Source of the DNA: Aquifex aeolicus VF5
GTDB lineage: Bacteria > Aquificota > Aquificia > Aquificales > Aquificaceae
Assembly: GCF_000008625.1 (NCBI RefSeq)
Contig: NC_000918.1
Location: 390,001-422,000, forward strand
Length of the DNA stretch: 32,000 bases
Direction: 5' to 3'
The translations under genes were made by a program, and so were the position numbers. The notes under the pieces were generated by a model. That model worked only from the letters and a program-made list of their open reading frames with translations, was not told the origin of the DNA and searched no databases. Position 1 is the stretch's first letter. The number at the start of each line of letters is the position of its first letter. Positions 27,115 through 32,000 of the stretch are shown here, in pieces.

Positions 27115-28181
27115 TTATCTTTTTTTCCTTCTCTTTATCCTTTCTATCCTTTCAAGGCTTCTATTCTCTTCTGGAGCTACTAAATTTACTGCTACGCCGT
27201 CTCTACCCATCTTCCCGTTCTTCCTATTCTGTGAAGGTAAACTTCGGATCTTCCGGAAGGTGGAAGTTCACTACTGCTTCCACTTCGCTTATATCGAGCC
27301 CTCTGGAGGCTACATCGGTGGCAACGAGTACATTAATAAAACCTCTCCTGAACTTCTTAAGTATTTCTTCCCTTCTCCTTTGTGGAAGATCTCCGTGAAG
27401 AGCCCCAACTCTAAAACCTTTTGTGGATAACTTTTCTCCTAAAAACTTGGCATCCCTTTTCCTGTTTACGAAAACTATAACTTTGTTGAAGTCCCTTAAA
27501 ACGTCTTCAAGTAATTCTATTTTTTCCCTTATTGAGTAAACCCTGAGGAGTCTCTCTTCAATTTGAGGTTCCAGTTCTCTGCTTTCCACTTTTATAAACT
27601 CGGGTTTTTTTGTGTACCTGTGGGACAACTCCCTCACTTCTTTCGGGAAAGTGGCAGATACGAAGAATACCTGTTTTTCTTCGGGAAGTTGAGAATAAAT
27701 AAAGTCAATATCTTCCTTGAAGTTCATATCGAGCATTACGTCAACTTCATCGAGGACAAAGTACCTGACGTCATCTGTCTTAAGTGCTCCTCTCTCTATG
27801 AGGTCTTTAATCCTTCCGGGTGTTCCGATAACTACGTCTACTTTTCCACCTCTGAGTACTTTAAGGTCTCCGAAAACCTTCGTTCCGCCGTAAAAAGCAA
27901 ATGTTCTGACGTTCAGATACCTTGCAAAATCCCTGAAGTTGTCCCTTATTTGGAGGGCGAGTTCTCTGGTAGGCGCAAGTATAAGAGCCTTTTCGCCTTC
28001 TTTAAGGGAATTCAGTATCGGAAGTCCAAAAGCTGCCGTCTTTCCCGTCCCCGTTTTTGCCTGAATTAAGCAATCCCTTCCTTGAAGAGCTACGGGAATG
28101 GTCATTTCTCGTACAGGTGTAGGTTCGTGAAAACCTATTTCTTTTAAAGCCTTTTGGATTTCAGGTTGAGTTGTGAAAACA
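27115..28181 (-). pseudogene. deaD: DEAD-box RNA helicase. Intact core ORF is 27224-28105, with N- and C-terminal parts in other frames (several apparent single-base frame breaks).
   Basis: The core ORF has IQAKTGTGKTAAFG, PTRELALQI, GGTKVFGDL, VIGTPGRIKDL, DEVD, FVSATFP, VIVFVNRKRDAKFLGEKL, VATDVASRGLDI. Motif VI (VYLHRIGRTGR) and the tail MGRDGVAVNLVAPEENRSLERIERIKRRKKR* lie in two successive other frames. N-terminal PEIQKALKEIGF and HEPTPVREMTIPVAL also sit in different frames. Boundaries are approximate. Confidence 0.75.
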
Positions 28182-28284
28182 TAATCCTCTTCTATTTTTG
28201 GGGAAGGAAAGACTTTTTATCTTTCCTTAAACCCAGTTTAGTAATTTAACCGAAATTTCAACAAAAAGCATCTAAATTTTTAGT

Positions 28285-28636
28285 ATGAAAGAATACTTTT
28301 AGTCTTAGCCGTAGCGATTATCTCTTTACTGGCTGGAAGACTTATCAAGAGACTCCTCGAAAAGAGAATGGAAGGGAAGGAAGTTGAAGGAATTGAGGAT
28401 GGTGTGCTTTACTTTTACTCGCCAAATTGCGGTGTGTGCAAGGCTATAAGCGGGAAGTTAAAAAACTTAAGAGTAAAGTAAACATAATTGAGATAAACGT
28501 CGAGGAAAATAAAGAACTTGTGAAAAAATACGGCGTTCTCGGAGTTCCCGCTTTCTTGATCGTGGAAAAAGGTAAAGTAAAGAAAGCTTTTTTAGGAACA
28601 AAAGGTTTAGAGTATCTTAAAAAAGGAGGTAAGTAA
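28285..28636 (+). CDS. Membrane-anchored thioredoxin-like protein, frame-disrupted (ORF track shows only 28427-28636)
   Basis: Conceptual assembly across two frame breaks: MK-RILLVLAVAIISLLAGRLIKRLLEKRMEGKEVEGIEDGVLYFYSPNCGVCKAI-KREVKKLKSKVNIIEINVEENKELVKKYGVLGVPAFLIVEKGKVKKAFLG. It has a CxxC motif, a cis-Pro VPAF motif and an N-terminal TM segment. Confidence 0.65.
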
Positions 28637-28638
28637 CT

Positions 28639-29037
28639 ATGAAAAAGGCTTTATTCTTGGTAGGACTTGTGTTCACGGCGGGAGTTATTTCTTCCTGCGG
28701 TGGAGTTTCTTCCCAGAGAACTTATGAAGGTGCCGCGGTAGGTGCTGCTGTAGGTGCAGCTGCGGGAGTGCTACTCGACAAGGAAAACAGGTGGCGTGGT
28801 GGAGTGATCGGAGCGGCACTGGGAGCAATCCTCGGAGGAACGATTACGGAAATAGCCCAGAGAGCTGCAAAGGAAGCGGCTCAAAACAATAAACCAGTAG
28901 TTTACAGGGCTGAAGACGGTTCTCAAATGGTCAGAGCCGAACCTGTAGAAAAAAGAGGAAATTGTACACTCGTAAAAACTAAGTACTACCAAAATGGAAA
29001 ACTCGTAAAGGTTGAAGAGAAGGAAGTTTGTGAGTAA
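28639..29037 (+). CDS. Glycine-zipper lipoprotein (17-kDa antigen / YMGG-like)
   Basis: 132-aa ORF: signal peptide with a lipobox-like VISSCG, then GAAVGAAVGAAAGVLLDKENRWRGGVIGAALGAILGGTI. Confidence 0.75.
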   Translation: MKKALFLVGLVFTAGVISSCGGVSSQRTYEGAAVGAAVGAAAGVLLDKENRWRGGVIGAALGAILGGTITEIAQRAAKEAAQNNKPVVYRAEDGSQMVRAEPVEKRGNCTLVKTKYYQNGKLVKVEEKEVCE

Positions 29038-29070
29038 TTTCTCTTCTCTTTCCTTTATAATTCTGTAAGT

Positions 29071-29574
29071 ATGAGACTGAAGAAATTACCGATAAGAAGA
29101 AAAATGCCCATGGAACTCGCTTACATTGAGAAGCTCTTCCGTGAAGAGGTGGGGCTAGACATTAAAGAACACAAAGACAAAGCTGAACAAATATCCGAAA
29201 CTGTGGTTGAAATATACGAAGAACTTCTCAGGAAAGGCATAGAAAACGCAAACTACAACGGAAGGGATTACGTCTCTTACTACGACCTTCCCATAACCGA
29301 AGATCTCGAACGCTACATGAACAGATTTATACAGGACAGGGGAGAGGAAGTATTAAAGGCTTTCGTTGATTATCTGGCAAAGCTTGAAGAGGAACTCTTA
29401 AAAGCGGAAGAAGCTCTCCCGCCACTTGACGAAGAACTCCACCAAAAGAAGGCGGATATCCTCGGCGGTATCATGCTTATGTTTGCAAGTGTGGCTAAAC
29501 AAATAAACGGAGACAGAAAACTCTACGCGGAAAGCATACCCGTAACGAGAGAAGTCCTGAGGACGATGATTTAA
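29071..29574 (+). CDS. DUF1931-type protein, predicted histone-fold-like
   Basis: 167-aa ORF MRLKKLPIRRKMPMELAYIEKLFREEVGLDIKEHKDKAEQISETVVEIYEELLRKGIENANYNGRDYVSYYDLPITEDLERYMNRFI... Its short-loop-long helix pattern matches my recollection of the Aquifex histone-fold protein family. Confidence 0.65.
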   Translation: MRLKKLPIRRKMPMELAYIEKLFREEVGLDIKEHKDKAEQISETVVEIYEELLRKGIENANYNGRDYVSYYDLPITEDLERYMNRFIQDRGEEVLKAFVDYLAKLEEELLKAEEALPPLDEELHQKKADILGGIMLMFASVAKQINGDRKLYAESIPVTREVLRTMI

Positions 29575-29584
29575 AATTAAGTTT

Positions 29585-30088
29585 ATGAGAAAAGTACTCA
29601 TCTTCTTAGAAGAACTCGTTGAAGACGTTGAGTTTATATACCCGTACCTCAGGTTTAAGGAGGAGGGGTTTGAAGTAGTATCCGCTGCCCCGAAGCTCGG
29701 AGAGTATAAAGGCAAAAAGGGAATGACTTTCAGACCAGATAAGACCATAAAAGACGTTTACCACCAGGAATTTGACTGCGTATTTATACCGGGGGGATAC
29801 GCTCCCGACAGACTGAGGAGGTATCCCGAAGTTCTACACATAGTTAAAAAACACTACGACAGCGGAAAGCTCGTTTGTGCGGTTTGCCACGGTCCGTGGG
29901 TTCTTATCTCCGCAAAAGTTGTTAAGGGAAAAAAGGTAACGGGATTTTTCGCAATAAAAGATGACCTTATAAACGCAGGTGCGAATTACACGGGGAAACC
30001 CGTGGAAGTTGACGGCAACCTTATTACCGCAACCGATCCCAAGTCCATGCTTGAGATGATGAAGGTGATTATATCGAGGCTAAAGTAA
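29585..30088 (+). CDS. DJ-1/PfpI family protein
   Basis: 167-aa ORF: VLIFLEELVEDVEFIYPYLRFKEEGFEV, FDCVFIPGGYAPD, VCAVCHGPWVLISAKVVKGKKVTGF, GNLITATDPKSML. Nucleophile-elbow Cys is in AVCHGP. Confidence 0.92.
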   Translation: MRKVLIFLEELVEDVEFIYPYLRFKEEGFEVVSAAPKLGEYKGKKGMTFRPDKTIKDVYHQEFDCVFIPGGYAPDRLRRYPEVLHIVKKHYDSGKLVCAVCHGPWVLISAKVVKGKKVTGFFAIKDDLINAGANYTGKPVEVDGNLITATDPKSMLEMMKVIISRLK

Positions 30089-30924
30089 TGAAGAAATTTT
30101 TAATAATCCTCTTATCCTTCGTTCTTTTCGTATTCCCTGAGGATCTTATTCTCGTGAGCATTTATCCCTTTTACGACGTTGTAAAAGACATAAGCGGGAA
30201 GTATTACAGAGTTGAGAGTTTAGTTCCTCCGAAAGCGGATTACCACGTTTACGAATTGACACCAAGAGAACTCATAAAACTCTACAGGGCAAAAGTCGTT
30301 TTCGTTAGCGGTGTTCCCTTAGGAGAGTGGGAAGAGAAGGTGGAGAAAATAGCCAAGGGCAAAGTTTACTCCCTGTCAAAAGGCATAGAGCTAATCACCT
30401 ACGGACACGAAGAATTAGGGAAGGATCCTCATTTCTGGGTATCTCCAAAAAGAATGCTAAAAGTGGCTAAAAACGTAGAAGAAGCCCTCACGGAAACCTT
30501 TAAAAAGAACTTTTCTGAAAATTACAAAAACGTTGAGCAAGAGCTGAAAAAACTGGATGAAGCTTACACGAAAACGCTTTCCAAGTGCGAGTATAAAAAG
30601 TTCGGAGCAGTTCACGGAGCCTTCGGATACCTTGCGAAAGACTACGGACTTGAACAGGTACTCCTCAGGGAGGAGCACGGACACGGTGATATATCTCCAT
30701 CTGAACTGAAAAAACTTGTAAAACTCATAAAGAAAAAGGAAATAAAGGTAGTTTTAATTCCTAAAGGTGTGCACTCAAAGTTTGCAGAAATATTGAAGGA
30801 AACGTACAACATCACCGTTTACGAGGTAAACGTTAAGATAATCCCGGAAGAGGAGGGAGATAATTATTACAAAATTATGGAAAGGAACTTAAAAGTTTTA
30901 AAAGAAGCTCTCAAATGCGGGTAA
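30088..30924 (+). CDS. Metal ABC transporter substrate-binding protein (ZnuA/TroA family)
   Basis: 278-aa ORF: signal peptide, ILVSIYPFYDVVKDISG, PPKADYHVYELTPRELIKLYRAKVVFVSG, DPHFWVSPKRMLKVAKNVEEAL, GAVHGAFGYLAKDYGL, EEHGHGDISPSELKKLVKLIKK. Confidence 0.88.
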   Translation: MKKFLIILLSFVLFVFPEDLILVSIYPFYDVVKDISGKYYRVESLVPPKADYHVYELTPRELIKLYRAKVVFVSGVPLGEWEEKVEKIAKGKVYSLSKGIELITYGHEELGKDPHFWVSPKRMLKVAKNVEEALTETFKKNFSENYKNVEQELKKLDEAYTKTLSKCEYKKFGAVHGAFGYLAKDYGLEQVLLREEHGHGDISPSELKKLVKLIKKKEIKVVLIPKGVHSKFAEILKETYNITVYEVNVKIIPEEEGDNYYKIMERNLKVLKEALKCG

Positions 30925-31613
30925 TAGAAGTAAAAAATCTTACCTTTTCATACGACGGTAAACACAACGTCCTTGAAGACGTTTCTTTTTACGTAGAAAA
31001 GGGAGACTTTTTGGGGATAGTTGGCCCAAACGGAGCGGGGAAATCCACACTTCTGAAATTGATTCTCGGCTTTTTAAAGCCAAAATCTGGAGAGATATAC
31101 CTCTTCGGAAAGAAAATAGAAGAATTCAAAGACTGGAAAAGGGTGGGATACGTTCCCCAGAGACTTAGCGTGGAACACGCTTTTCCCGGAACTGTGAAGG
31201 AGCTCCTAAGCAGCGTATGCGAAGACAAGAAGGAAATAGATTACCTTGTTGAGTTTTTAAAGTTAAAGAATATAGTTAACAAGCAATTTACAAAGCTCTC
31301 GGGAGGACAGCAACAGAGGGTTTTACTTGCTATGGCTCTTTCCTACAATCCTGAACTTATACTCCTCGACGAGCCAACTGTAGGACTTGACGTACACGCA
31401 ATAAACCACTTCATGAGTATTCTACTGGATCTCAATATGAACCATAAAAAGAGTATAGTGATGATTTCCCACGATATAGGAACACTCCTCAAACACGCGA
31501 GTAAAATACTGTGTCTGAATAAAAAGGTATGCTACTTCGGAGAACCTGAGGGGGCAATAGAGTACATAGAGGAAGCCTTCGGGCTGAGGGGTTTTCTCCA
31601 TGGAGTTTCTTAG
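30915..31613 (+). CDS. Metal ABC transporter ATP-binding protein (ZnuC-like)
   Basis: 232-aa ORF: Walker A GPNGAGKST, Q-loop YVPQR, signature LSGGQQQRVLLAMAL, Walker B LILLDEPTVGLD, H-loop MISHD. Confidence 0.93.
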   Translation: MRVIEVKNLTFSYDGKHNVLEDVSFYVEKGDFLGIVGPNGAGKSTLLKLILGFLKPKSGEIYLFGKKIEEFKDWKRVGYVPQRLSVEHAFPGTVKELLSSVCEDKKEIDYLVEFLKLKNIVNKQFTKLSGGQQQRVLLAMALSYNPELILLDEPTVGLDVHAINHFMSILLDLNMNHKKSIVMISHDIGTLLKHASKILCLNKKVCYFGEPEGAIEYIEEAFGLRGFLHGVS

Positions 31614-32000
31614 TTACGACTTCGTCCAGAGGGACTTATTGCCGGAATACTCATAGGTGTATCCACTGCATTGACAGGAGTCTTTTTAATCTTGAGAAGG
31701 TACGCATTTCTGGGAGCGGGTCTCTCTCACGCTGCCTTCGGAGGCATAGCCCTCAGTTTCTTGCTGGGAACCGACGTATACTTAACTACCGTTATCTTTA
31801 CTATTCTGGTTGCGAACTTCGTCCAGTTTCTGACTCAAACAAAGAAAGTTCCCGGTGACACCGCAATTGCAGTTATTTTCTCAAGCGGTATGGCGCTCGC
31901 CGTAACCATTCTGGGAATTGTCAGGGGATTCGGTGAAAACCTCTTTTCGTACCTTTTCGGAAACATACTCATGGTTACGAAGGAAGAACTCTTCTACACG
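31600..32000 (+). CDS. Metal ABC transporter permease (ABC-3/ZnuB family), partial, with an apparent frame break near 31630
   Basis: MEFLSYDFVQR from ATG 31600, then in another frame GLIAGILIGVSTALTGVFLILRRYAFLGAGLSHAAFGGIALSFLLGTDVYLTTVIFTILVANFVQFLTQTKKVPGDTAIAVIFSSGMALAVTIL..., open to the window end. In the first frame the ORF stops after ...RDLLPEYS*. Confidence 0.85.

Noticed and set aside
28639-29037. Glycine/alanine-rich protein as a possible holin, toxin or phage component
   Set aside because: The lipobox signal peptide plus glycine-zipper pattern fits ordinary envelope lipoproteins, and there are no phage genes nearby.
1-32000. Search for transposases, integrases, att sites, toxin-antitoxin pairs or defence operons
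   Set aside because: No such gene signatures or long terminal inverted repeats were seen. Apart from the small CRISPR array the region is ordinary core genome.

Overview
This window looks like a compact bacterial chromosome segment of Aquifex aeolicus type. That attribution comes from recalled gene content and sequence, not from a search. It is almost entirely protein-coding. Recognisable genes are nuoF (partial) and nuoE, a PP2C phosphatase with a Ser/Thr kinase, a second archaeal-type kinase-like gene, def, trpE, a PilO/GspM-like gene with a secretin, an MTA/SAH deaminase-type amidohydrolase, manC, a DUF309 protein, a tRNA with CAT anticodon, a PpiD/SurA-like protein, frdA, purB, a DUF302 protein, rpoN, a two-repeat DUF2795-like protein, lpxA, glmU, thrC, ychF, a DEAD-box helicase, a thioredoxin-like gene, a glycine-zipper lipoprotein, a DUF1931 histone-fold-like protein, a DJ-1/PfpI protein, and a ZnuA/C/B-type metal ABC transporter (ZnuB runs off the end). 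A small CRISPR array lies at 26608-26835. It has four 29-bp repeats and an exact 67-bp repeat+spacer duplication, with no cas genes nearby. The most notable observations are: (1) a pseudo-receiver plus metal-ligand-depleted flavodiiron/metallo-beta-lactamase-like protein split across a +1 frame change; (2) about six single-base frame breaks packed into 27.2-28.5 kb, with three isolated ones elsewhere, which suggests sequence error or recent decay; (3) two unannotated overlapping small transmembrane ORFs between purB and frdA; (4) the duplicated-spacer CRISPR array; and (5) a DUF1931 histone-fold-like gene. I found no clearly novel multi-gene defence or mobile system.
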